This document shows, piece by piece, positions 46,948 through 56,537 of a stretch of 64,000 nucleotides of DNA. The translations under genes and the position numbers were made by a program. The notes below the pieces were generated by a model that did no database searches, had not been told where the DNA came from, and worked only from the letters and a program-made list of their open reading frames with translations. The stretch comes from Methanomassiliicoccales archaeon (lineage in GTDB: Archaea > Thermoplasmatota > Thermoplasmata > Methanomassiliicoccales > UBA472), in NCBI GenBank assembly GCA_036677555.1, contig JAVBWG010000011.1, positions 87,497-151,496 of the forward strand. The letters are read 5' to 3'. The first letter of the stretch is position 1; every line of letters starts with the position of its first letter.

Positions 46948-47319
46948 TCAGTCCAGCGGCTCCAGGGTCACCCGGGTGCGGTCCGATAGATCGGACATGG
47001 TGCTGACGTCGCCCAGCACCCGGCCTATCGGCGTCACCTTGGAGTAGGCCTCCGGCCTGGAGGTCGTGGACGCCGGGGTCTTCCCGAAGAATATGCAGAA
47101 GGCGTTTCCTTCCGGCCAGAAGGCCACCTCACCCACCTCCATGATCTTCCTGCCGTTCTCCAGCTCGCATTCGATGGGCACGGGGAAGTACAGCTCCCCG
47201 CCCCAGATGTTTATCTCCCTCTCCAGGGGCAACGTTCCGAATAGCTTGTAGGCGGCCAGGGTGTCGTTCAGCTCGATCTCCCACCGCTCGTAACGAGTAC
47301 GCAACAGAATACGGTCCAT
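46948..47319 (-). CDS. Cyclophilin-like fold protein (DUF369/TM1367 type)
   Basis: 'WGGELYF.VP', 'GEVAFWPEGNAFCIFFGKTP'. Confidence 0.88.
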   Translation of the reverse strand: MDRILLRTRYERWEIELNDTLAAYKLFGTLPLEREINIWGGELYFPVPIECELENGRKIMEVGEVAFWPEGNAFCIFFGKTPASTTSRPEAYSKVTPIGRVLGDVSTMSDLSDRTRVTLEPLD

Positions 47320-47366
47320 GCCCTTTCCCCGGTGGGGGAAAGGGTGGAAAGGTGAAAATGTTTTCC

Positions 47367-48356
47367 TTACTTCTTGCTCTCGAAGAGGGCGCGGATCTCG
47401 GTGCCCACCTTCTCGACCTGGCTCTCGCCCTCGGCCTTCTCCAGGGCCTTCATCCTGGGCATGCCCTTCTTGGCGTCGTCCAGCCACTCCTTGGCGAACT
47501 CTCCGGAGCATATGCGGTCCAGCATCTTCTCCATGGCCGCCTTGCTCTCCTCGTTGATGACCAGGTCCCTGGTCGTCAGGCCGCCGAACTCGGCGGTGTT
47601 GGAGACGCTCCTCCACATGTTCATCATGCCGCCGGAGTAGATGAGGTCGACGATCAGCTTCACCTCGTGCAGGCATTCGAAGTACGCTATCTCGGGCTGA
47701 TAACCCCTCTTGACCAGGGTCTGGAAGCCGGCGTTTATGAGAGCGGTGACACCGCCGCAAAGAACGGCCTGCTCGCCGAACAGGTCGGAGGTGGCCTCCT
47801 CCCGGAAGTCCGTTTCCAGAACGCCGGCCTTGGTGGATCCCAGGCCCTTGGCCAGGGCCAGAGCGATGGACTTGGCCTTCCCGGAATAGTCCTGGTGCAC
47901 CGCGATTAGCGCAGGTACGCCGAATCCCTCGAGGTAGACCTTCCGCTCCATGGGGCCGGGGGCCTTGGGGGCCATCATGATGACGTCGACGGTCTTGGGG
48001 GGCTTGATCGTCCCGAACGTTATGGCGAAGCCGTGGGCGAACTCCAACGCGGCGCCGTCCTTCAGGTTCGGAGCGATCTCCGCGGCGTACACATCGCCCT
48101 GCACCTCGTCCGGGATTAGTACCATGACCACGTCGGCGCCCTTGACGGCGCCGGCCACGGTATCGACCTTGAGGCCGTTCTTCTTGGCCTCGACCCAGGA
48201 CTTGCCGTCCTTTCGAACGCCGACCGTGACGTCCAGTCCGCTGTCGTGCAGGCAGAGTGCCTGCGCCTTGCCCTGGCTTCCGAAACCGATGACCGCGACC
48301 TTCTTGCCCTTCAGGACGTTGAGGTCGGCGTCTGACTCGTGATATATCCTTGCCAT
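47367..48356 (-). CDS. ilvC: Ketol-acid reductoisomerase
   Basis: 'IGFGSQGKAQA', 'FAHGF', 'APKAPG', 'DLFGEQAVLCGG', 'SNTAEFG'. Confidence 0.97.
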   Translation of the reverse strand: MARIYHESDADLNVLKGKKVAVIGFGSQGKAQALCLHDSGLDVTVGVRKDGKSWVEAKKNGLKVDTVAGAVKGADVVMVLIPDEVQGDVYAAEIAPNLKDGAALEFAHGFAITFGTIKPPKTVDVIMMAPKAPGPMERKVYLEGFGVPALIAVHQDYSGKAKSIALALAKGLGSTKAGVLETDFREEATSDLFGEQAVLCGGVTALINAGFQTLVKRGYQPEIAYFECLHEVKLIVDLIYSGGMMNMWRSVSNTAEFGGLTTRDLVINEESKAAMEKMLDRICSGEFAKEWLDDAKKGMPRMKALEKAEGESQVEKVGTEIRALFESKK

Positions 48357-48422
48357 GAGATCACCATTGAACGCTTTCACGCATTTTTTCCTGATTATAT
48401 ACAATGTTCGAATCTATCGGGA

Positions 48423-50102
48423 CTATTGGTTCCAGCGGCAGCGGTTGCGGATCGTTCCGTCAATGCTGCTGACGCCCCCGGGAACCATGGGCAGCATGTC
48501 CTCCTCAGGGTCCGTGCGGATGTCCAGCACGAACGGAACATCGGAGGATAGGGCCGCCTTGAACCCTTCGGCCAGCTCGCTGGAGCGAGTGACCGTCATC
48601 CCGCCGGCGCCGAACGCTTCGGCCAGTTTCACGAAATCGGGATTGTTGCGCAGCTCGGTGCCGCAGTAGCGCCGGTTCCACATCAGCTTCTGCCACTGCT
48701 TGACCATGCCAAGCCAGCCGTTGTTGAGCAGGCACACCACCACCGGCAGGTCCTCGCTCATGGCCGTGGCCAGCTCCTGGAACACCATCTGGAAGCTGCC
48801 GTCGCCGGCGATGTCCACCACCTGCTTGTCGCGATGGGCGTACTTCACGCCTATGGAGGCCGGGAACCCGAATCCCATGGTTCCCATGCCACCGGAGGTC
48901 ACGAACTGGCTGGGATGCTTCAATCGCATGAAGTGGGCCGCCCACATCTGGTTCTGCCCCACCTCGGTGACCACGAAGGCGTCGGAGGCCAGGGCCTTCC
49001 GCAGCTCCCAGATGGCCTTCTGTGGCTTCACCGGGTCCTCATCGATGTCGATGTTGCAGGCGCAGCCGTCATAAAGCTCCTTTACCCTGCGGCTCCAGGC
49101 CGTCTCGCCCTTGTTGGAGCGGCCAAGTGCTTTGATGACCATCTGCAGTCCGCGCTTAGCGTCCCCGACCAGCCTCACCTTGGTGCGCGAGTTCTTCCCG
49201 GCCTCCATGGGATCGATGTCCAGGTGTATGACCTTGGTATCCTTCGGAACCTCGCTGTCGTATCCGATGGTGCGGTCGGAGAATCGGGCGCCGATGGCGA
49301 ATATCACGTCCGCCTCCAGAAGCGCCTTGCGGGAGCATTCCCGCCCATGCATGCCCAGCATGCCGAAGGACATGGGGTGGTCCTCGGGGATGATGGCCTT
49401 GGCCATGATGGTGGTGACGACCGGGGCGAACAGCATCTCGGCCAGCCTCTGCACCTCGCTGGAAGCGTTGGACCATCTGGCCCCTCCGCCTACCAGCAGC
49501 ACTGGGCGCTCGGCATCCCTCAGCATCTTGACCGCGTCGAGCACGCCTGAGAGGTCCTCATATGGGGAGGGCACCGGGAAGTTCTCCTGCAGCTTGGCAG
49601 GGTCGATATCTCCGCGCAGCACGTCCACTGGGAGGTCGATGTGGACCGGCCCCTTGCGTCCGCTGTTGGCGATGCCCATGCCCCGCTTTATGGCCTCCGG
49701 AAGATCGCTTGGCTTCAGCACCCGGTAGTTGTGCTTGGTGATGGGCATCATCAGGCTGAAGATGTCCGCCTCCTGGAAGGCGTTGTTGCCGATGGCGGCG
49801 GTGGCCACCTGGCCGGTGAGGACCATCATCGGGGACGAGTCCGCGTACGCCGTCGCCACGCCGGTGACCAGGTTGGTCGCCCCGGGTCCGGAGGTGGCCA
49901 GGCAGACGCCGGTCTTGGAGGTGGTGCGCGAGTATCCGTCAGCCATGTGCGCCGCGCACTGCTCGTGGCGGACCAGGACGTGGTGGATGTTCGAGTCGAG
50001 TAATTCGTCGTACAGCGGGATGGTGACCCCGCCAGGGTATCCGAACATGACGTCTACCCCCTGCCCCTCGAGCAATTCCAGAACGGCCTTCGCACCTTTC
50101 AT
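48423..50102 (-). CDS. ilvB: Acetolactate synthase large subunit
   Basis: 'FGYPGG', 'RHEQ', 'TSGPGATN', 'GQNQMW', TPP motif 'GDGSFQM...NN'. Confidence 0.96.
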   Translation of the reverse strand: MKGAKAVLELLEGQGVDVMFGYPGGVTIPLYDELLDSNIHHVLVRHEQCAAHMADGYSRTTSKTGVCLATSGPGATNLVTGVATAYADSSPMMVLTGQVATAAIGNNAFQEADIFSLMMPITKHNYRVLKPSDLPEAIKRGMGIANSGRKGPVHIDLPVDVLRGDIDPAKLQENFPVPSPYEDLSGVLDAVKMLRDAERPVLLVGGGARWSNASSEVQRLAEMLFAPVVTTIMAKAIIPEDHPMSFGMLGMHGRECSRKALLEADVIFAIGARFSDRTIGYDSEVPKDTKVIHLDIDPMEAGKNSRTKVRLVGDAKRGLQMVIKALGRSNKGETAWSRRVKELYDGCACNIDIDEDPVKPQKAIWELRKALASDAFVVTEVGQNQMWAAHFMRLKHPSQFVTSGGMGTMGFGFPASIGVKYAHRDKQVVDIAGDGSFQMVFQELATAMSEDLPVVVCLLNNGWLGMVKQWQKLMWNRRYCGTELRNNPDFVKLAEAFGAGGMTVTRSSELAEGFKAALSSDVPFVLDIRTDPEEDMLPMVPGGVSSIDGTIRNRCRWNQ

Positions 50103-50306
50103 AAACTAATCCCTCAGTTCTCAATCGGGGAGGATGGTCGCTAGACCTCCTCTTTCACAAGATAACAACCGCAGTGAGCGATGGCAAAAGCAACGATGTC
50201 CTCTCACCCGTGTTGTTATTTGACACGGATGGACTTCATGCCGACCATGATATTTAAGAATATCCCAAATCATCCGCTTGCCGGAACAGCGCTGGGGACG
50301 TTGATT

Positions 50307-50831
50307 ATGATAGTGACGGAGGGATCGTGCAAGGAACTGGACATCGTGGAGCTCAGGGACCACGATCCCCGTTGGCCAACCATGTTCCAGCAGGAGCGGG
50401 ACGACCTGATTGGGGCTTTGGGGACGACCGCCGTTGCCGTGGAGCATGTGGGCAGCACCGCGATACCGGGGATCGCGGCCAAGCCGATCATAGATATCTT
50501 GGTCACCGTGGAGGAACTGCGCCTGGAGGATGTGGATAAGTGCCTGGGTCACCTTGGTTATGTTCACGTTCCCATAGGCGGCTCCGATAGGCTCTTCTTC
50601 CGCAAGGGGATGCCGAGGACGCACCATGTGCATGTGGTGCGCCATGGGGGGAACGAACATCGGAAGCACCTGCAGTTCCGAGACCGGCTGATCGCCCATC
50701 CTGACGAGGCCAGGGAATACGAGATGCTGAAGATGTCCCTCGCCCTGCGGTTCAGGGAGGACCGCGAAGCCTACTCCGAGGGGAAGGATGGCTTCATCGC
50801 CATGATGCTGGAGCGTTCGGAGAAGGAGTGA
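50307..50831 (+). CDS. GrpB-family nucleotidyltransferase-like protein
   Basis: 'EHVGSTAIPGIAAKPIIDI', 'FRDRL..HP', 'Y...K..F'. Confidence 0.9.
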   Translation: MIVTEGSCKELDIVELRDHDPRWPTMFQQERDDLIGALGTTAVAVEHVGSTAIPGIAAKPIIDILVTVEELRLEDVDKCLGHLGYVHVPIGGSDRLFFRKGMPRTHHVHVVRHGGNEHRKHLQFRDRLIAHPDEAREYEMLKMSLALRFREDREAYSEGKDGFIAMMLERSEKE

Positions 50832-50931
50832 GGGCCTTCTGTCGGAGAGCGGAGAGGGATCGCCAAACCCATATATTGCCAGTCAGCGTTCCCCTCATGG
50901 TCGGGAGAGTGCCCTAACGAACGCCAGGGAA

Positions 50932-52179
50932 TTGATGGACAACGGGTCCCGCAGCAAGCTTCTGGAGGACCCGTACGTGAAGAGGGTTTGGGACCTGATA
51001 ATGGAGGAGCCGCTCTTCAGGAAGAGCCCGGAAGAGCTGGCCTCGCTCAGGGGATCGCTGCGCCGGGAATGCCTGCAGTTTTTTGCCAGGCACAGCCCTT
51101 ATTACGCTGACCTATTTGAACGGCTGGAGATCGACCCGGCCAAGGCCACCCTCCACGATATCGCGAAGTTGGCCATACCCTCGGACATGCTGCGCGGCGA
51201 CGGACAGAAGCGCTTCCTGATCCAGGATCTGGAGGAGGGCGGGGAGACCTTCTCATCCAGCGGCACCACCGGCAAGGACCCGGTACGCGTCTACCGCTCC
51301 CCAGTGGACCTGGCCATCATGCTCAAGGCCAACACCGACCTGTTCGAGCATGTGTATGGCGACGTGCTCAAGCAAGGAGAGGGCGTCGCCCTCTTCATGG
51401 CCGCCCCCGAGCTTCGCTACAAGCTCAGCTTCGTGGCCTTCGTGGACCTGACGCTGGATAATAAGGGCATAGAGCTGCTGTACGGAATGGACCTGGAGGA
51501 CAAATCGCAGGCGGGGACGCCTTGGCAGAAGCTCACCACCAACAAGGAGAACCTCCTGAAGTTCCTGAAATCCAAGAAGGAGCCGAAGCTGTTCTTCACT
51601 GCCCCGGCCGGGGTCCATATACTCGGGCAGAAGTTCGATGACATGGGCGTCGGAAAGAAGATGGCATACAAGCTGGCATCTGGAGCGCCGCCTATCAAGC
51701 TGGGAAAGGGAGGCATCATCGTTACCGGAGGGGGAAGCAAGGGCTTCGCCGACCTTCCGCCGTACCCGCAGCTGGTATCCAACGCCCAGAAGCATTTCGT
51801 CAGCAAGGACGCCGCGGGAAAGCATATCGACACCCCGTTCATGGACGTTCTGGGAATGACGGAGACGCTCACCGCCCTCATCGACCGTTACGGCGTTATG
51901 GACAAGGTGCCCCACCCGCTGGCCGAGGCGTTCCTGCTCGACCCCCTCACCTTCGAGCCGATCGAGGAGGAGGGGAGGGAGGGGATACTGGGCATATTCA
52001 ACCCGTTCACCACCTCCTGGCTGGAGGTTTTCTATCCGGGGGACATCATGACCTGGCATTCCTCGAAGGGATTCTACGGCAAGGAGTTCGTGTACAGGCG
52101 CCGGCTGAGCGTCAAGGAGGGTTGGGACCTGCAGCGGGCCTGCGGCGGCACCCTGGAAGAGATGATGACCAAGCAGTAG
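50932..52179 (+). CDS. LuxE/PaaK-like acyl-protein synthetase (adenylate-forming)
   Basis: P-loop 'FSSSGTTG', 'TGGGSKG', 'GMTE', 'GD', C-terminal 'RACGG'. Confidence 0.8.
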   Translation: MMDNGSRSKLLEDPYVKRVWDLIMEEPLFRKSPEELASLRGSLRRECLQFFARHSPYYADLFERLEIDPAKATLHDIAKLAIPSDMLRGDGQKRFLIQDLEEGGETFSSSGTTGKDPVRVYRSPVDLAIMLKANTDLFEHVYGDVLKQGEGVALFMAAPELRYKLSFVAFVDLTLDNKGIELLYGMDLEDKSQAGTPWQKLTTNKENLLKFLKSKKEPKLFFTAPAGVHILGQKFDDMGVGKKMAYKLASGAPPIKLGKGGIIVTGGGSKGFADLPPYPQLVSNAQKHFVSKDAAGKHIDTPFMDVLGMTETLTALIDRYGVMDKVPHPLAEAFLLDPLTFEPIEEEGREGILGIFNPFTTSWLEVFYPGDIMTWHSSKGFYGKEFVYRRRLSVKEGWDLQRACGGTLEEMMTKQ

Positions 52180-52217
52180 GCGCATGTTTATTTTCCTGAA
52201 AGGGCATCCAGAGGCCC

Positions 52218-53684
52218 ATGTGCCCAGCCCTGGCCCCCCTGCTGTTCGATCGCTCTCTGGAGACCGTGCCCTCTGCCGGCAATCCGGAGGTCCTTGAGCT
52301 CTCGCCTTCTGACCTGGGGGATCTGATCTCAAACGCCGGGAAGGTGCAGGCGGAACTGTCCTCGGTGCCTGTCGACGAGCGGCTGCAGGTCATCGAGCAC
52401 ATCGCCCGCAAATGGAAGGAGAAGCTGGACAACGGGGACTTTGAGGATCTGAAAAGGGAGATGTCCGCCTCCACCGGTTACTCGCCGGCGCTGATGGAGA
52501 CGGAGCTGTCCTTCGTCCCGGCGGTGCTGGGCGCTGCGAACATCCGCAAGAACCTGGACGCCTCGGTGCAGGGCGGAGCCGACGCGCTGCATAGGTTCGT
52601 GGAGGTGGAGGAGACGGAGATGTTCCGCCACGTGCCGGTCGGTCCGGTGCTGATAATCAGTTCCGGCAATTCCATCGTCCCCACGCTGATACCGACAGTG
52701 GTGTCCCTGGTCACTGGAAACCTGACCGTCCTCAAGCCCTCCATCGCCAACTACCGCGGCGTTTGCGAGGTGTTCAAGCTCCTGGCCGACGTGCCCGATT
52801 CCCGGGCCGCCCGGGCCATGCGTTCCGCTCTGGTGGTCTCGTACTTCGGCCACGGCTCGCCATCGCTTAAGCTGGCATTGGAGGAGCTGCCCCTGGGAAT
52901 GGTTAACTTCTGGGGCGCCGAACCGGCCAGGACCATCGTCGCCAACATGGTCGGGAAGAACCCCCATCACCCGCGCTTCTTCGTGAACGGCCCGTTCACC
53001 GGGATGGCGGTGATCGAGGAGGGGGTGGACCCGCTCCAGGCGGCGGACGATCTGGCCTTGGACGTTGTTCTTTACGATCAGCAGCTGTGCTCCTCGCCCA
53101 CCGCCGCCGTGTTCATCGGAAGTTACGAAAATGCCAAGGACTTTCTGAGGTCGGCGGGGGAGCGTCTGGACGAGGCGGGCGGCGAATTCCCGCTTCCCCC
53201 GGACCAGGACCGACTGTTCGTCCTCCAGGGTGCGCGCCGCTTCATACAGATGGACGGGGGGATGGTGCTCTCCTCGAGGAACCCTGAAAACCCATGGACC
53301 CTGGTGCTCTCCAAAGGACGCAGCTCGTTGGGCGGCCTCGCCGCGCAGTTCCCGGCCTTCAACCTCTTCGCCCGCCGGCGCTTCCTGGAGATCGTGGTCG
53401 TCCCGGACGCGGAGAGCGCGATGGACCTTTTGCGGTCATTGCCGGATCATCCGGCCTTCCAAGGCATCGACGGGGTGCAGAGCGTCGGATTGGCGGTGAC
53501 TGAGGGGTCCCGGGAACGCATCGTCTCGCTGCTCATCGGAGCTGGCGTGCACCGGATACTCCCCTTGGGGGACATGTTCATGCGGGGGGCGGTGGAACCG
53601 TATGATGGGGTAACCATGTCCTCGCTGTTCACCCGCATAGTGTACTGGCGCAAGGAGAACGCCTTACTGGAGGGGCAGTTTTGA
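52218..53684 (+). CDS. LuxC-like acyl-CoA/acyl-protein reductase (ALDH fold)
   Basis: 'ISSGNS', 'LKPS', 'FWG', catalytic Cys in 'YDQQLCSSP', 'GVHRI..LG.M', 'YDG'. Confidence 0.85.
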   Translation: MCPALAPLLFDRSLETVPSAGNPEVLELSPSDLGDLISNAGKVQAELSSVPVDERLQVIEHIARKWKEKLDNGDFEDLKREMSASTGYSPALMETELSFVPAVLGAANIRKNLDASVQGGADALHRFVEVEETEMFRHVPVGPVLIISSGNSIVPTLIPTVVSLVTGNLTVLKPSIANYRGVCEVFKLLADVPDSRAARAMRSALVVSYFGHGSPSLKLALEELPLGMVNFWGAEPARTIVANMVGKNPHHPRFFVNGPFTGMAVIEEGVDPLQAADDLALDVVLYDQQLCSSPTAAVFIGSYENAKDFLRSAGERLDEAGGEFPLPPDQDRLFVLQGARRFIQMDGGMVLSSRNPENPWTLVLSKGRSSLGGLAAQFPAFNLFARRRFLEIVVVPDAESAMDLLRSLPDHPAFQGIDGVQSVGLAVTEGSRERIVSLLIGAGVHRILPLGDMFMRGAVEPYDGVTMSSLFTRIVYWRKENALLEGQF

Positions 53685-54658
53685 AGGTTCTGGTGACCGG
53701 GGCCACCGGCTTCCTGGGCGGCCATCTGATCGAAGAGATGGCCAAAGGCCCCCACGTTCCCATCTGCGCCCACCGAAATGGCAGCGACACCGGGAAGCTG
53801 GACAGGCTAGGGCTGGAGAAGAGGGTCTTTGACCTTACAGACCACGGATCCATGCGCCGGGCGCTGGAGGGAGTGGACGCCGTGGTGCATCTGGCTGCCT
53901 ACTATACCTTTACCGGGAAGAAGGAGCTGTACGACAGGGTGAACGTGAGGGGCACGGCGGACCTGCTGAAAGCCTGCCAGGAGACTGGAGTAAGGCGCTT
54001 CATATATTGCAGCAGCACCGAGACCATGGGGCCAATAGCGTCACCGCCCGGAGATGAGGATTCCCCCCTGAACCCGCAGTACGAGTATGGGCGCTCCAAG
54101 GCCAGGGCGGAGGATCTGGTGAAGGCCTCCGGCCTCGACTGGACGATCCTCCGGCCGTCGGGCATATACGGGCCGAGCAACGTGGACGACGTGGCATACT
54201 ACTTCATCACCTCATTCAGGGGGTTCGCCTCCAAGTTCATCATCGGCTCGGGAAGGAACCTGATCCAGTTCGTGCACGTGAAGGATGTGGTGCAGGGGTT
54301 CGTAAAAGCATTGGACCGCCCGGCGTCCGTCGGCGGGACCTACATCATAACCCAGGCCAGGCCCTACACCTACGAGGAGGTGTATCGCGTCCTGGCGAAG
54401 ATATTTCAGAAGGGGGAGCCCCGCTGGAGATTGCCCAGGCCATTGGCCAAGCTGATGATGCTGCCCATCGAGGGTTTCTGCACCCTCGTCGGCAGGGAGA
54501 ACTTCCTGTACCGCCGGGAGACGGTGGAGAGCGTGACGAGCGACAGGGCCTTCAGGATCGACCGGGCCCGGACTGACCTCGGCTACGAGCCGGTCTACGA
54601 CCTACCGGAAGGAATGGCGGAGACCGTGGCCTGGTACCAGGAGAACGGCTACCTCTAG
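53681..54658 (+). CDS. NAD-dependent epimerase/dehydratase (3-beta-HSD-like extended SDR)
   Basis: TGATGFLG, 'YGRSKA', 'LRPSGIYGP'; TTGA overlap with the LuxC-like gene. Confidence 0.88.
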   Translation: MKVLVTGATGFLGGHLIEEMAKGPHVPICAHRNGSDTGKLDRLGLEKRVFDLTDHGSMRRALEGVDAVVHLAAYYTFTGKKELYDRVNVRGTADLLKACQETGVRRFIYCSSTETMGPIASPPGDEDSPLNPQYEYGRSKARAEDLVKASGLDWTILRPSGIYGPSNVDDVAYYFITSFRGFASKFIIGSGRNLIQFVHVKDVVQGFVKALDRPASVGGTYIITQARPYTYEEVYRVLAKIFQKGEPRWRLPRPLAKLMMLPIEGFCTLVGRENFLYRRETVESVTSDRAFRIDRARTDLGYEPVYDLPEGMAETVAWYQENGYL

Positions 54659-54660
54659 GC

Positions 54661-54672
54661 AACGGTTATATC
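54661..54672 (+). promoter_or_regulatory. BRE/TATA-like element upstream of the prenyltransferase gene
   Basis: AACGGTTATATC, identical to the element upstream of nadX. Confidence 0.5.
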
Positions 54673-54703
54673 CGCTTCCGGTTTTTACCGTCGCGGTGAA
54701 AGG

Positions 54704-55660
54704 TTGGAGAAGACGCTGTATCGCACTTTGCTCAACTTGCTGAGGATCAGCTACACCCTTCCGTTCGTCATGGCCTCGGTGACCGGGGCGGTCTTCGCCC
54801 TGACGGTGGGCAACGAATGGCTGATGGCCGTGCTGATCCCGTTGGACGTGTTCTTCTTCGCGCTGTTCGCCAACCTGAGCAACGATTACTACGATCACAG
54901 GAGCGGGACCGATGCCACCCGCTTCGATTTCATGACCCCGGAGCGCATGGAATCGATCAAGGAGCTGTACGACGAAAGGGTATACTGGGACGGCAACATC
55001 TTTGACAAGGGGGATGTCAGCGAGAGGACCGGCAAGATCGTTCTGGCCATGATCCTGGGACTGGCGGCCATCACCGCCGTACCGATCGTCCTCTACGGCG
55101 GCTGGCTGGTCATCGTCCTTGGCGCCATCGGATTGTTCCTGGCCTACTTCTACACCGCTCCCCCGCTGAACCTGGGCGCCCGAGGGCTGGGGGAGCTGGA
55201 CGTGGGGGTGTCCTTCTTCATGATGTCCTTCTTTACCTATTTCGTCATAAGCCCGGAATGGTCCTGGCAGATGTTCCTGATCGGGGTCATCATCGGAACC
55301 TCGGTCATGCTGATGCGATTCATAGACCAGATGTCAGGCTATGAGGCGCATGTCAAGGGCGGGGAGAGGGACTGGTGCGTGCGGTTGGGACTGGAGAAGG
55401 CGGTGTCGGCCGTCGGGATCATCCTGCTGGCCATACACGTCATGCACCTGGGCCTGGTGTACTTTCACCCGGTGTTCCTGGTCCTTCTGCTGACCGTGCC
55501 CATGGGCAGGAAGATAGTGAAGGGGCTTCACGACAAAGGGGATGACCTTCGCTTCATCAGACCTGCGCCGCAGATAGTCAAGATGGTGATTTTCAGCGAG
55601 CTGCTGATCATCATTTCGTTGACAGTCCAAAACGCCCTGCCATGGACATTATGGTGGTAA
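54704..55660 (+). CDS. UbiA-family prenyltransferase, MenA-like
   Basis: 'NLSNDYYDHRSGTD', 'YTAPPLNL..RGLGE', ~8 TM segments. Confidence 0.88.
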   Translation: MEKTLYRTLLNLLRISYTLPFVMASVTGAVFALTVGNEWLMAVLIPLDVFFFALFANLSNDYYDHRSGTDATRFDFMTPERMESIKELYDERVYWDGNIFDKGDVSERTGKIVLAMILGLAAITAVPIVLYGGWLVIVLGAIGLFLAYFYTAPPLNLGARGLGELDVGVSFFMMSFFTYFVISPEWSWQMFLIGVIIGTSVMLMRFIDQMSGYEAHVKGGERDWCVRLGLEKAVSAVGIILLAIHVMHLGLVYFHPVFLVLLLTVPMGRKIVKGLHDKGDDLRFIRPAPQIVKMVIFSELLIIISLTVQNALPWTLWW

Positions 55661-56537
55661 TGCTTCCCCTGGTGATAAGAGAGTACTCGCGGACGGCGTT
55701 GAAACCGCAGCGCTTGCACGATTCACCCTTCATGGGGCAGCCGTAGAGCTTGCTGCGGTCCGGCATGATGAACTCCGAGGCCCAGAAGGCGCATCGGCCG
55801 GAGTAGTCCTCCATCAGCAGCTCCTTGAGCGCCTTCCTGGAGTTCAGGATGGGATATCCCTCCTTCTTGAGCGCCACTATCTCCTGCACCACCTTGCGCT
55901 TATCCTCTATGCTCAGCACCTTGGCATCCGGCGGCGGGGTGAGGAAATTTATCATGAGTCCGTTGATGCGCGGGTTGTCCTTCACGATCTGCGCCGTCTC
56001 TCTGACGAGGTGCTTGTTATCGGGCATTACCACCATGTTGGCGAAGACGTTGGGATGATCGACCTTGGAGAGGTTCTCCATCATCTTGTCGAACACGCCC
56101 TCGCATCTTATCCGGTCATGCACTTCCCGCGGACCGTCCAGGGATACCGAGATGACATCGCTCTCCAGATAGAACACGTTCGTTCCGTTGGTGGTGTAAC
56201 CGGTGACGAAGAAACCGATGTCCTTCCCGGCCTTGATGAGGTCCAGGAGGGTCCGCTCGCCATCGCTCCAGTGGGTCGGCTCCCCTCCCTCGAAGAACAG
56301 CACCCGGGCACCGCGGGCATAGGAGGCCTTCATCTCCGCCACCGCATCGCCGTAGGATATCTTGTGCGGCTGCGGTATGGACGGCAGGTTCTCCGCTATA
56401 TGGCAGTGCTGGCAGCGCAGGTTGCACTGGTAGGTGATTATCATTGTGGTGGCCAGAGGTTTCTTGAACCCCAGCAGCTCCTTGAGGAACCAGATGCCGT
56501 AATAGGCGGTCTGGCCGACGGTCCTCGCGACGCCCAT
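55611..56537 (-). CDS. Radical SAM protein with a C-terminal Cys-rich (SPASM/twitch-like) region
   Basis: CNLRCQHC, 'GGEP', 'TTNGT', 'SLDG', C-terminal C..C..CxxC; start ATG 56537 after a GGGGTG RBS. Confidence 0.9.
   Translation of the reverse strand: MGVARTVGQTAYYGIWFLKELLGFKKPLATTMIITYQCNLRCQHCHIAENLPSIPQPHKISYGDAVAEMKASYARGARVLFFEGGEPTHWSDGERTLLDLIKAGKDIGFFVTGYTTNGTNVFYLESDVISVSLDGPREVHDRIRCEGVFDKMMENLSKVDHPNVFANMVVMPDNKHLVRETAQIVKDNPRINGLMINFLTPPPDAKVLSIEDKRKVVQEIVALKKEGYPILNSRKALKELLMEDYSGRCAFWASEFIMPDRSKLYGCPMKGESCKRCGFNAVREYSLITRGSITTIMSMAGRFGLSTK

Noticed and set aside
50932..53684. Bioluminescence (lux) operon
   Set aside because: No luxA/luxB luciferase or luxD, and the host appears to be an anaerobic archaeon.
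54656..54706. SDR TAG stop is in frame with the prenyltransferase with no intervening stop (possible pyrrolysine read-through fusion)
   Set aside because: The spacer contains a TATA-like 12-mer identical to the nadX promoter, both proteins look complete, and an open 15-codon in-frame spacer is likely by chance in GC-rich DNA.
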